Source of the DNA: Macrostomum lignano
Lineage: Eukaryota
DNA length: 64,000 bases
Reading direction: 5' to 3'
Assembly: GCA_002269645.1 (NCBI GenBank)
Contig: NIVC01000990.1
Coordinates: 327,554 to 391,553 of the forward strand
Below, piece after piece: positions 24,327-38,420 of the stretch. The notes under the pieces were generated by a model that searched no databases, had not been told where the DNA came from, and was given only the letters and a program-made list of their open reading frames with translations. Every line of letters starts with the position of its first letter. Position 1 is the first letter of the stretch. The translations under genes were made by a program, and so were the position numbers.

Positions 24327-25349
24327 TCAGCCGGTGCGGTCGAAAACCAGACGTAAGTCGGCGCTGTCCAGCTTGTTGGCCGAGACGCCCACGGCCGCGA
24401 CGACGCCGTCGAGAAAATCTGTCGGACCACCGCTGCTGCCGCTCCAGCCGATGGCCATGCAGTAGCTGGTGTCGGCATTGAGGTAGCGCCCAGTAGGCAG
24501 AGTGTTATGCGGCACCACGGTGTAGTCCACGAAGTATTTGTAATCGTAATCGCTTGGGTCGTCATGAATACTTGACCGGTTGATAGCCAATGCCAGCGTG
24601 AAGAACTGACTGTCATCATCTGGCAGGGCGGACTCACCGGTGTAGGACGTGGCGTACGGACCCAGGTCGGAAAACAGAGCTCCGTTAGGCGACGAATTCG
24701 GGGCCAGGTAGTTCTTCTCGAGGATCTCCATGATCATCACCTTGAAAGTGGCGCAGTCAGTCAGCTCAAAAAAGATATTGTTTTTTGGTCTTCTTTTCAA
24801 GCGAATCCCAAACGACAAAGTATGTGTAAGGTGGAGCAACGGTACCGGAGAGGACCACAGCCTAGAGTTGTTTGAACCGTACAGACGAGGTCCCTCGCTG
24901 GTCCAGGTGACTCCAGTTGACATTATGGTTGCATCGGTTCCGCCCGGCATGCAAGCCAGGCTTTCCATCCTTCCAGTGCCGGCGTCTCCAACCCAGATAA
25001 ATAAGAACAGTCGGCTGGCCGAGATCGCGTCATACTTGGTGCCGAGGACCGTCCTGCAGCTGGTCGGGGTGGGTTGCTCATATTGACCGGCAGCCATAAG
25101 CTGCTGGCAGACTCGCTGGTAGTTGTACAGCCAGCAAGTGTTGTCGCGGTCGTTCCACTGGGCCACGGCAAGGCCGCCCATGTCGTTGGTGCGGCTGGTC
25201 GCCACGCAGTCGATGAACGACGTGGCGGAGGAGTCGCTGCCGCGAGACTGGTCGAGGCAGTCGGTGTGGAGAATGTTGAGAGTTTTGGCGGTGGCGAGCG
25301 CCTGCAGCTGCACGAGCAGCAGAGTGGCAGTCAGTGCTCGAAGTGGCAT
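24327..25349 (-). CDS. Intronless secreted protein (about 340 aa): signal peptide, Cys-containing PAN/apple-like region and a possible ConA/LamG-like beta-sandwich
   Basis: Long GC-rich ORF. MPLRALTATLLLVQLQALATA looks like a signal peptide. The domain calls are pattern impressions only. Confidence 0.65.
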   Translation of the reverse strand: MPLRALTATLLLVQLQALATAKTLNILHTDCLDQSRGSDSSATSFIDCVATSRTNDMGGLAVAQWNDRDNTCWLYNYQRVCQQLMAAGQYEQPTPTSCRTVLGTKYDAISASRLFLFIWVGDAGTGRMESLACMPGGTDATIMSTGVTWTSEGPRLYGSNNSRLWSSPVPLLHLTHTLSFGIRLKRRPKNNIFFELTDCATFKVMIMEILEKNYLAPNSSPNGALFSDLGPYATSYTGESALPDDDSQFFTLALAINRSSIHDDPSDYDYKYFVDYTVVPHNTLPTGRYLNADTSYCMAIGWSGSSGGPTDFLDGVVAAVGVSANKLDSADLRLVFDRTG

Positions 25350-26667
25350 GCCAGGTTTTGTGCAGGTGGTGTTTCGTCGTAAGTTGCTTTTGCTGCGTCG
25401 AAATTTGAGCACATATTTATACAAGATTTAGCCTAGTGGGGCTCCCCCAATCCAGCCACAATGAATTTTTACTCCATCATCCGTATCAAAAAATAATAAT
25501 GATAGAAATCTGGGCTATAACTGTGACGAAGTCGGATCCTTGTGAATGCTTCTATTTTGCACAAAATAAAATCGATGCTTTCGCATCAATAATATGATGG
25601 AAGGAAAAAATTCATTTTCAGCAGTCTGAGCGGAAGACTCAGAATTGGGAGCGTAGCCAGGATTTTTGCCTCGAAGCCGTGTCTTCGAGGGCGGCAGCAG
25701 GGGTGCGCCGACCGAATTTTTAGTACCGTTTTTCGAGGGCGCATGGACAGACAGGCTGGCTTTGTAAATGACGAGTAATCTAAATTGTACTATTATTGTA
25801 CTATTTGTTTTGGTTTCAAGTTTCGGGGAGCCGTGTAAGGCCCTCCCCTTTTGCTAGCCACTCTACATGTAATAAAACTTCGTAGTCATTTTTATACTTT
25901 TCCTACTGCTGCTTAACTTTGTTGTGTTTTGTACTGAGCACCGGTAATTTGTTAGTATAAACTGCTATATATTTAGCTATACTTAGCTAATTTGAAATCG
26001 CCTAAGACTCGGTTCCATCAGAAATCCGCTAGACAAATACTAACAGCGACCGATACCGAAGGCCAAGGAGGGTCTTACAGGCGGCGACATCGGATTGTGG
26101 GAACAGGGGCACAGGGCAACACTAGGTCCCTTACATACATTCTATTGATGACATCAGCTAATTGTCGCCAAAGCCCAAATGTAACATTTACTTAAAATTG
26201 TTTTTGCATTTTGAGCTTGTAAGTTTTTGTGTTGCGAAAAAATCGATGGGTATCAAATTTTTAGCTTACATTATATTATGAACAGTTCCGGCTCAAATCG
26301 TCATAGGCGGGTTACGAGAAACACAATTGAATATCTAAATCGTCATCGTCTTGATCTAATGCTGAATTCACTAACTCGTCATATTGTACTGTTGCATTGG
26401 CTGCGCAAGGATATCTCTTAGGTCACTGAATTTTGAGCACTAATATGTAAATGCTTACAGCCTAATTTACATGTAACTTTGTTTAAGTTGCACATAAATG
26501 TACACGTAGCAAATTCTGAAGGTTGCTTGGAGAAGGAATTTCCAGCAATAGTGTGTAATGGAATGTGCAAAGTACTGTATCAAAGCCTATTATATTTCTT
26601 ATTTTTTCGTATTTCTTATTCTTACGAAAGAATACATAGGAAGAAATTCTTATATTCATATTTCTTC

Positions 26668-27205
26668 GTTCGATCCGGGCCGTCGTCCAGTCCGAAGCGC
26701 TGCCCGACCGCCAGAGGGCTCGGCTGTGGCAGGCGGTGGTCGAAACCGTCCTGCTCTACAACGCCGAGACGTGGACGCTGACGGCTACGCTGGATCGTGG
26801 CAGCTTGACTCGGCGCACTCAGGGTTGCTCCGTGCGGCCTTTCAAGCTGACGAGAGCGTCGGGACCGAGGCCCTGCACGATCGGGCCAAGCTGCAGCGCC
26901 CGTCCATCATCCTGCGCCGGCGGCGACTTCAACTGGCGGGCCACGTGATCCGGGCCGAGAGCTACTGCCGCCAACCTGTTCAGGACGTTCTGCTGCTCAC
27001 CTTGCAGGGTCCGCTCAGGCGGGGTCAGGCCCAAACCCGTCGATACGTGGACTGCCTGCTGTGCAACGCTGGGGCGCCCGACACTGCCAACGGGGCGGAC
27101 TTCGTCCGCTCTCAGGCTCTGGGGCGCGCCATCTGACGCGCCCTGCTCTAACTGTGGCCTTTGCTTACAGGGCTGCGTACTTTGTTGTTGTTTTGTTGTT
27201 AAGAT
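26668..27205 (+). mobile_element. 5'-truncated RTE-type LINE 3' end
   Basis: LWQAVVETVLLYNAETWTLT..(frameshift)..QLDSAHSGLLRAA..LRRRRLQLAGHVIR..RRG; stop at 27136, then a (TTG)n tail. Confidence 0.8.
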
Positions 27206-28060
27206 AAAAAATAATAACCGTCTTTTGAAGTTAAAGTTTTCAGTTTTATCGGAGCCGAGACTCCCTCAAGTGATTTCTATCGATTTACATGTACGCCACG
27301 AAGTTTCGACTGCACGGACTCTGAAAGTTTTTCTCGCAAATCGACTTGATCATTTAAACAATGTTCTGAATGAAATCAGCACGTACCACATATGTAATTC
27401 ACACATATACGAGAGCTGCAATGCATCCTGTTAGGAGGAAAAGACTGTCGGCAAATCGTATCCCGCAGGATCAAGCTTTTGTCAAGCAAGATCCACTTAA
27501 GTACTGTATAGTTACGTCTTACTTGAGTAGTCAATTGGCTTTCGTCTGACCGGGCCCTGGACACCGAAAAGTGTTTTTTCTTCAAAAATGCAGATTCATA
27601 TTTCCAGATTTGCTTTGCTAAACACTTTACGTATAGAGCACATGTTTTAGCACTATAATTAAAACATACTTCCGGTTTTCTTTAAATGTCTGGTGTTTTG
27701 CGGTAATAGTGTGCCATCTCATCCTCAGTATGTAAGGGTGTCTTTATGTGCATGTATTCAACTTATACTGTATCCCTGCAACACTGTAACAAAAGCATAC
27801 TAATTTTGAAAATCCTAGATGTTGTGTAGCTCAAATGTGAATGTACATTGGCTATGTACATTCGTCTTATTCTCATCCAATATAGTATTTCTTTTTTTTC
27901 TAGTGTACATCTTTTTAGTGTACATCTGACTAACAAATATATATTCATCGACACTTGCCAATTTCGGGGCACTAAGCTTTTCGTAGCCTACCATCTAAAC
28001 AACCTACGTATAATAACATAGCGTCGCAAGACTAAACTTTGCACTGCAATTATTTATGAA

Positions 28061-31000
28061 TTGAGGCCGTCTGAACCAATGGTTTTTTACACTAATAGGG
28101 CAGACAACTAGAGAAGGTGGAGCACTGCATTTGATTTTTTACATGAAAGCTACTAGGAGGACCAGCAAAAATGACGAAGTAAAAATTGCTACGCGCCTGA
28201 CAGCCCTAGGACCAGATGGGAAAGATGTCTACGGCACGTTTCCTACTGCAGAAGTGAAAAAGTACGAGGATTTGAGCAAGACATTTGATGACTACTGTCA
28301 GCCTCTATCAGCGAGACATTTGAACGCTATCAGCTGCGCACCATAATTCAAGGAGAAGCGGAGGACTTCGACCAGTTCGTGGGTTCTCTACGCCAGCTCG
28401 TGAAGCGCTGCAACTACAGTGAACCAGACAACAACGAAACCATCGAGAACAGCATCCTCCGAGATCATGTCGTCATCGGCGTCAGCGACCCAGCTCTGCG
28501 TGAAAGATTTCTACGGGGATCAAAGCTGACTCTGGACCGTGCAATTCAGATGGGACGAGCATCAGAGACGTCCAAGAGACAGGCGCGGGCCCTTGTCTCA
28601 ACACATACTAGCCGAGCGGCACCTGCGCCAGTACCTGTGACCGTCGACGCCCTGCAAGGCCGGGCCAAGGCACCAGCAGACCCAGCCAAGATACCTCGCA
28701 ACTGCGGCCTCGGCGGGCAGCAGCATGAGCGGCGCAAGTGCTCGGTATTCGGCAAAACTTGCAACGCCTGCGGTCGTGCAAACCACTTCTCATCTGTGTG
28801 CCGGTCCACCAAAAAGGTCAACGAGCTGGTTGAGGATGACGAGAACAACGCTTCTGACCAAGGCCCAGCAGCAGCCGTCGTGAGCGTAGAGAAGCCCGGA
28901 ACTCGGCGAGTCAAGGTGCAATCCGACAACTTGGCGATGATGGTGAGCTTGACAGTTATGGACTCCGGCAAGAAGCTGCAGTTCAAAGTGGACACTGGAG
29001 CATACGTCAACGTGATACCTCTGAGACAGCTGATTCAATTGGAGCCAACATTGAGCAGTCAGCATTGAGCCAACATCCTGGACGCTCACCACTTACAACA
29101 AGCAGCTGCTGGTCACATACCTGTGTCGCAAGAAGTCACATACCTGACGGTGTCATCACCCTGCAAGAAGGACATCAGGAGTTGCAGCTCACATGTACAG
29201 TTTTCCGTCATCAGAGCTCCTTTAGCAAGGTGAAGACGCAGCGTCCTTCAGACCTCAAGGCTGCCCAGCTGAGGGCTAGCTACCTGAGGCGTTAAACGGC
29301 GTTGGCTGTACGAAGCAACCGTATACTATTCAGCTTGCCGACAACGCAGTGCCAAAAGTACAGCCACCTCGTAAGTTTCGTTTACCGCAAATCAACCTCT
29401 GAAGTGTGAGTTGGAGCGGCTAGAGAAGGAGGGAACCATCGTCCGGGTCGATGAGCCAACGCAGTGGGTCTCAAACGTCGCCATCGTGTGGAAGAAAGAC
29501 GCGCCAATGCGGCTGTGCCTTGATCCGACCTACCTTAACAAGTTCATCGTCTGCGAGTATCATCCGATTCTGACTGCAAAAGAAGTCCAGGCAGCCACAA
29601 CCGGAGCCGTGTTGTGCTGCTTCATCGACGCCAACGAGAGATTCCACCAACTCAAGCTGGATGATGAGAGCTCCTTCATGACCACCTTTCACACAATATT
29701 TGGCCGGTACCGCTGGAAGAGCGTTTCCTACGGTCTCTCGTCGATCCCAGAGGTCTTTCAAAAGCAATGGAACAGGACGTCACCAACGATGTTAAAAACT
29801 CCAAGAACTTCTTCAACGACATCATCGTGTTGGGCTGGACACCTGAGGAGCACGACCAAGCTGGTCGAGAGCTGATGGAACAGTGCCAAAAAGCTAACGT
29901 GACCTTGAAACCCTCGAAGATGAAAGTCGGTGTCCAAGAGCTCAACTACCTCGGTGATGTTCTCAGCTCGGATGGACTGTGAGCGGATCCAATGAAAGTC
30001 AAAGCCATCAAAAATGGCCAGGGCGGATGATCTAGCAGGCACTACCGCGAAGAAGGAGCAGCGGCGGCGATTTTTTGGCTGTGTCACTTATTTGGCCGAG
30101 TTCTACCCTCATCTGTCGGCTACTGCGGAACCACTGCGTCATTTGCAAACGAAGGATGTCATCTGGAGCTGGACGCATCAGCTAAACGAGGTCTATGACG
30201 CCATAATCACATAGCTCTGTTCAAGCCGAGTCCTGGCTACGTTTGACGCTACAAAGTCGGTCACCGTATCTGTGGACGCCAGCAAGAGCGGCATCGGCGC
30301 TGTTCTCCTCAAAGAAGAACTCCCTGTGGAATTTGCATCTTCGGCTATGACAAGAGCTCAGCAAGCCTACGCGCAGATGGAAAAATAGCTGTTGGCAATT
30401 GTGTACGGCTGCAAAAAGTTCCATCACTACATCTGGGCCGCACTGTCTATGTTCAGAGGCTCAGAGCGACTACAAACCACTAGAAGCAATTTTTAAGAAA
30501 CAGCTTTGTGACACCACTCCACGGATCTAACTTCTGCTTCTGCAGCTCCAGCCCTACGACAGACCTATCAAGTACACGCCTGGAAACAAGCTGAACGTTG
30601 CCGATACGCTGAGCTGAGCTCACGGCCAGACGGACAGCTTGACGAATCTTCTGGAAGAAGCGCTGGATGGCTAGCGAGATCCTAGATATGATGAAGACCG
30701 CCACGGCCTCAGATCAGACGAGTCAGCGCCTGTGCGATGTTATCGCAGCCGGTTGGCCAGATCATCGTTCCAGACTGACGGATGACCTGATGGTATTCTC
30801 GGATCTCCGGTACGATCTGACGTACGAACGTACGAAAGACCGCATCTACATGCCCGAGGGCAGCACCAGGAATTCTATCCTCCGCAACCTGCACGCGGGG
30901 CACCCTGGCATTGTGAAGATGGACCTGAAGGTCAAGGATTACTTCTACTGGCCTGGCAGTGCGAGATCGAACAGTCAGCCAGTGCGAGGCCTGCCAGAGG

Positions 31001-31500
31001 AACATGAAGGCGCAATCAAAGGAGGCTCTGTTGTCCGTGGAGATGCCCAACTTCCCCTTCCAAATCTGCTCGACTGATCTAGTTGAGTACAGCGGTGCCG
31101 ATCCTACCTGGTGTACGTTGATGAATATAGCCGCTGGCTGAGCGTCACTCGACTGCGGTCAACAACCAGCCTGGCCGTGGTGCAAGTACTGCAGGACCAC
31201 TTCCAGAACTTCGGTGTGCCTGAGAAGCTCATCAGCGACGGTGGCCCGCAGTTCCCGGCTGGAGAGTTCAACCAACCACGATGAAGAGGTTCAAGATCGA
31301 GTACAGGACATCAAGCCCAACATATCCGCAGTAAAACGGCAGAGCAAAGCGGTACGTGCAAACTGCGAAGAATCTGATGAAGAAGTGCAAGGAGACTGGT
31401 CAAAGTCTGGAGATGGCACTTCTGCAGTACCGGAACACTCCTGTCGGCAGCGGCTTCCCAAGTCGGGCTGAAATGGTCTTCGGCCGAAGCTTCGATGTGA
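28061..31500 (+). mobile_element. Decayed Ty3/Gypsy gag-pol (internal region)
   Basis: Gag knuckle CNACGRANHFSSVC, protease FKVDTGA, RT LCLDPTYLN / IDANERFHQ / FFNDII, RNase H VSVDASKSGIGAVL, integrase LHAGHPGI and ISDGGPQF. Many stops and frameshifts; no LTR pair identified. Confidence 0.9.
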
Positions 31501-34500
31501 CCTGCCGAGAAAACTTGTCCGCGACAGCATCGAAACATTTCAGAACGAGCGGATCCGAGCAGCGCAACTGTACAACCGCGGTGCACGTCCGCTGCAGCGT
31601 CTTGATGAGGACGCACTTTTTTCCAAATCCCGCGCTAGCACATGCGCTCTAAACTTACTAGCCTACTAACAGTGGGCAATGGGCATTTTTATCCTTTTTC
31701 AGCGAATTGTCATAGAATCTATACTAGATACAATGTTTGGTCATACTAGTAGTCATAATAACATAGGCGCAGCTTTTTGGGTCAAATCATCGCTTTCGAA
31801 GCTGGTCTGACAGACCCCTGCGCCTCACTCAGTGTTGAGGCGGGCGCCAGATGGTCTGAGAGGATGCGGGTGGTAGCTTTTTTCTCATCATTTTGACAGG
31901 CCATCAAGATTTATGAAGTCAGAGCCTATTTTTCGGGTTCACTCAAGCGCGTGACAGCTTTGACAGCTATGTGTTTTACCCCTAAAAGTACTTTGGGATT
32001 AGCGATTAGCAATTTCTCTTCATTATCTTCACTTTCTATTTAATAAGAGCTTTCTAATGTATATTTTTTCATTAATTTCTGTCAATCCTACGCGAAAAGT
32101 CATAAATCATTTTGTTGCGATTTTGATTGATTTATGGCCGCACCTGTCATCTTCTTACGACCCTGTGGGAACTGATAGGATCTCCCGGTCACGTGATTCT
32201 GGGTAGCAACAAGCTTAGCCAATCAGAAAATTCGGCGCTCATTTCAACAAAACGGCTCAGCCAATCAGAATCGACGTGTCCCATTATAACAAACTACGGT
32301 CCAGTTGGCGGCTATTTAAACCGGTGTTTTTGGCCCGCTCGGACTGCATTCCGGGTGCTACCCCTGCAAACCTTCTTGCGACCGGGTGCTACCCTTGGCT
32401 CCACCGGCCAGGAATTGACCGTCATTTCTTGATCCCCGGATTGCGACTCCCCCCCCCCATCATCATCAAGGACGAATCCCCCGGTCATCAGCAGTGAATA
32501 TCAAAGTGAAGAGCATCACCTGCTAGCTATCAGCGAAGATTGTGACATCAGCATCATCCCGAGCCTACAGCTGCGAAGCATCAAGCCGATTCTGTCACTG
32601 TGGATCACCTGGTCTCCGGCTGTTGAGTTTCTGATTGGTTGGGTGAGAGGCTGCCTAGACTTGCTTGATTGGGTGATTCCCTATCTGTCCCCTGTTTCAG
32701 TAGCTGAATTAGGCGCACACTTTTGCTCTTTTTGTTCAGTAGTGCTGTTGCTGAGGCAGAAGTCATTCAATAATACTGCTAGTAGTCTAAAACTCTAATT
32801 CAATCTGAAGTGCGAAGTGATCTAAGGAGAAGGTTAAGTCTAACAGTTATTTTTATCGGTTTTATTTCTTTGTTCGCCGATGGCTCAGATGAGTAGCCAA
32901 ACTAGTAGGCACCGGTCGCAGTGGACCAATGGCAAGGCAGTTCTCAGTCGATCAAACTATCAAATCAGTGAGCAAAACTGCTAGAAGTGCAGAATCGGCG
33001 CCAGAGATGTACTCTGTGCACTCTAAGGTTAGCTAAGCGGCTCGGGTGATGAATCATGCGGTCTCTGAAGTTCGAGTTAGCCTATCATCAGCGCTAGGAG
33101 AGGCTGGTTGGCTCGTTGAAGGCCAAAAGTACATATCTTCGTATTTAGCAATGTAATAGTACATGTAGCTACCCCATAGACTCGCCACCGCAAGAATCCC
33201 CTGCACAACTCCCCTCTGTACCTGCATGGCCAATGCGATCTAGTCCCAGCAGTGTCCCTTATCATCGGCTATGACTTCGAGATTGACAGCAAAAAGACAC
33301 TAGTTGGCAGGTAAGTGCGAAGCCCCTTCTAGTCGGAAGCCCGATTTCGAGAGTCCCGGTGTGGTGAGCCAGGACGCACGGGCTGGTGGCAGCGAGTTAG
33401 CTTAGTCTGCGGATTAGCTAATTTCTACCTTCAAAATTCTCCCTGCTTGTCTCTCGCTGTCCCTCTCTTAGCTGTAGGACCTAGACTGCTCGCCACACGA
33501 TCAAGCTACCATGGGGCTGACCATCTGACAGGAGTGGGGGGCCAGGACTCTAATTGATTTATTTCTGAGACCTGAGGCCCGAAGGCTTCCCCACAAGGGG
33601 GCCGAAAGGTCGAAACCCATCAGTCTGATGGTGGGCGAGCCAGTCTGGCTTCAGCCGTGGCCGCCGCGGGACTGGGTGGTTGCTGCATGAGATCGACAGT
33701 GAAGTATGCGACTCTTCGAGATCGTACTGGGTCCGTAAGGAGACCGGTTAGCTGATGAGGCGTATTCAGCGCTACTTCGCAGGTAGGGCGATTCCTTCTT
33801 TGAAAGTGACATGGCAGACATACACGTATTATTTATTAGCTAACCTGCAGTACATGTAAAGTTGAAGTTCGAGTTCATAGCTCGTACTACAGAAATCCTG
33901 TAGATTGTGAGGTAAAGATACTGGAAATGACATCTTGTACACTACTACTGTACGTGGCTAGTGCCTCGATTTAATCGAGATTAGGAAAAATACTTCGGAC
34001 TAAAAGCCTACATGCATGTATAAATTCCCAGAGCACTTTTACTGTACAGAATCGATCGGTTCATTCAGGCATGAATAAAAACAAAATCGGCAAAGACTTT
34101 AGCAGGGTATAATTTTTTTATAATCTTCAATCATCAATCTGAGATATAAGTTGACATTTAGCCAGGATCCTTAACTGGAAGCTCTTAAATGCTGCTTCTT
34201 CCTAGTATGCCTAACAAGATAATAAAATTCGACACTTCTGAGAATCGATATTTTGGTTTCTCAAAGTTAAATTAATTATTTAGATTCCAATCTCTCTGTC
34301 GTCCCCTGTTTCTTCGTTTTTTTAATCTCATTGCCTTCTTTTCACTCCCTTCGTCTTTTGTCTGCTTTTTCCTCCCTTTTTGCTTTCCTTTTGCACCTAC
34401 ATGAATCTCATATTCTTTAGCCCATATTCAAAGCAACTGTGCGTTCTTGCAATTCGTCAATTTCATTCTCCCTTTTCAGTTATGTTATTATTATCGACTC

Positions 34501-35267
34501 TTGATTACAAATGATCAAAATGATTATACTCGCCACCCCACAGCTTACTCGTCACCGTTTAACTGGCACTTGAGTCTTCTACTCAATTACTAAGTAATTG
34601 ACAATGGACCGGCGCTTTACTTCCTTGTCTTAAACTATTTCCAATCCGACAAATTTCGCCCTTGCATTATAAACAATAATACGAATTCAGAATTTTGTTA
34701 TACAAACCTAAGTCCCAGTTCTGTTTGTTAATATTTAATTTAATACTCGTAAAAATCATATACTTACTATTATTTTTCGCGTATATTTAAAATTTAAATG
34801 TTAGCTCAATTTTAAAACAATTTCACATTAATAAATTTTCTATGGCGCCGCCGTTGCCACCCGTGCAACACCTTCGGCAATATACTTTTCTGGGAGGCGT
34901 ACTACTACGATGTCTAGTGCAACCAAACATGACATAACAAACTCACAAACTCGCCTAACTGTTTAACTTTGTTAGAATTTCGTTTAAAATTTGTTAAATT
35001 CGAAAAATAGAGGATTGCCAATATTTCTAATATAACTTTATTTACTCAGGCCATAGGGCCTAGGTCTAGCTGGGCGTTTGGCTTTAAAGTGATGGATTGT
35101 AGGCCTAATCAAATAGGCCCTACATGTATAAATTGATTATAGCTATATATACTATAGTGTATAACACTAGTTTAGTTAGACTAGGCCTAGGCTAGTATTT
35201 ATTTTAGATAGTATATAAATAATGATATTACATTTTACATAATACTAGGCAAATAATACTAGCTATA

Positions 35268-35949
35268 GGTCCATGAGAAATGCCCGCAGACAAATTGCCC
35301 GCTGAGATTTGCCCGCAGGAGATTTGCCCGTGGAGATTTGCCCGCTGAGCTTTTCCCGCGGAGATTTGCCTGCAGACTGCAGTGCATTTTGCCCGTGAGC
35401 AAATTGCCCATGGAGATTTGCTGGCCGAGAATTGCCTGCTGAGATTTGCCGCAGTGCAATTTGCCCGCAAGCTAGTTGCCCGCCGAGTTTTTTCCTGCCA
35501 AGGTTTGCCCGCAATGCTTTTTTCCTGCAGCACATTTAGCGACGCAGCAGATTTTGTTTGCATTGCCTTCCCAATGCTTAGTACGTGTTAATCTCAATAA
35601 AGAGATTTACACAATCAAAACATTTTGATAGTAACTGTATATCAAATGCATATTTTTGGGGGGCATGCAGTCAGAATCTAGCTGCCAAATGCGCTGCAGG
35701 AAAAAAGCATTGTGGGCAAACCTCGGTGGGAAAAAACTTGGCAGGCAACTCGCTCGCGGGCAAATTGCACTGTGGGCAAATCTCGGCGGGCAATTCTCGG
35801 CAGGCAAATCTCTACAGGCAATTCACTCTGGGCAAAATGCACTGCGGGCAAATCTCCGCGGGAAAAGCTTGGCGGGCAAATCTCCACGGGCAAATCTCCT
35901 GCAGGCAAATCTCGACAGGCAATTTGTTTGTGGGCATTTCTCGTGCTCC
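35268..35949. mobile_element. Foldback-type non-autonomous element: about 270-bp inverted arms built from about 14-bp GAGATTTGCCCGC subrepeats around an AT-rich spacer
   Basis: Left arm GGTCCATGAGAAATGCCCGCAGACAAATTGCC... is the reverse complement of right arm ...GGCAATTTGTTTGTGGGCATTTCTCGTGCTCC with mismatches; spacer at about 35540-35680. Confidence 0.75.
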
Positions 35950-37439
35950 CACTAGCAATACCATGCAAATAACAAGTGCTTTCTAAAGATAATATTTTAA
36001 TAGATGATATTTAATTTGATACTCTAATAGATAAGCCTTAATAAATGATTAGTTTTTTTGTATTCATTTAAAAATGCTAAAAATATTATAATTAAGAAAT
36101 AGCTTTAATTGGCCAAACAGGCACTTTGTCAAATTATCATTCTTTACTCAATGTTTATATATTTGATTTAAAATAAAATAAGATCTATAGTAAAATTTTC
36201 TATCAATTGTATACAAAGTGCTATGCAATACAAGAAAGCTTGAACCTAGCAAACAAAGAAAAGGTTATAAGTCATGCATATAAACAACAATGTGACTCAT
36301 AATAATAAGTTTAATTAACATATCATCAGAATTAAATACTATATTCTTAGCAAATGACTTAGGCCTGTAAGTAATTCAAGATATTATTATTCTAGATTTA
36401 ATTTTAACTATAGGCCTAGTCATAAAAGAAAAGCTAACAATTTTTTTTTTCAATTTCTTGTATTTAATGTTGTAAGCCAATTTACTTCTAAGATTTGAGA
36501 CTTGAGTTTAAGATAGAGCCAGATCTGCTACAATTTATATCTTATATCTAAAGCTAAGTAGATTGATTGACTGGCTAGATTTAATGCATATCTTCTCCTG
36601 ATGGCTGACAACTCAAATGTGGGACATATATATTAATATAGAATTTTCCTACATAACAAATAGGCTATTTTAATGTTGAAATTTTCAAAATTAAGTCTGA
36701 AAAAAGCAGAAAACACTTTTCTTAACCTTCTTTGGCCACGTTGCTTCTCTAGTAAAGGGTTGGCAATCTGTTTGTAAAAAAGCCACCCCAACCTTATCTG
36801 CAGGTTGCTGCAAATTGGAAGGGTAGCTGAGACATGTTGTGTATTCAATGCCTATAGAACTCCCACATTTTAGGAGTGCAATTACATTTAATGATTTACC
36901 CAAAATATGGGGGGGTTAGGCTTGGACTGAGTGTATATAGGAGTTGTACAATATAAACAGATAGATAGGACTATGTTGAAATTCAATTGGTTTTATTATT
37001 CATGCCTTTCAAAAGGCAGCCCTGTGTATTTGCTTGGCAATGAATTTCAATGCATAAAATTGCAAGTCTTACCAGCAGGCAGGTGAATATATATGCAATG
37101 CTCAATGCTTTTAATTGGGAAGTTCAAATGCTAACTATTCTCCAGTTTTAAACTTTGAAAGAAAAGACTTATATTGCTAGAAAAATCCTGCAATGCTAAA
37201 TTCTGGGATATAAGTTGTTTGCTTTAAATTTGAAATTGAAAAGCGCAACATCCAAAAACAATTTTCATGCTTCTAACTTTCTGCAAAGATTGTAGCTACT
37301 TTTGCTATAGGTCAGTTAGACATTAAGTTAGGGGGGTGTTGCATATGCACATTCTAGCCAGCTATTATTTGAGTAATTTTAGTAAGTTAGGGCGGGTGAC
37401 AAATTTCAATTTTTTTATTATTGGCGCCTCTGTCACTCA

Positions 37440-38420
<981 letters not shown>

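Noticed and set aside
25647-25863. Possible hAT MITE (GGGAGCGTAGCCAGG ... GCTAGCCACTC)
   Set aside because: TIR match is poor and there is no 8-bp TSD.
33565-33640. Hammerhead ribozyme look-alike (CTGA..GACCT/AGGTC-GAAAC)
   Set aside because: CUGANGA spacing is broken and no stem III with a UH cleavage site could be formed.
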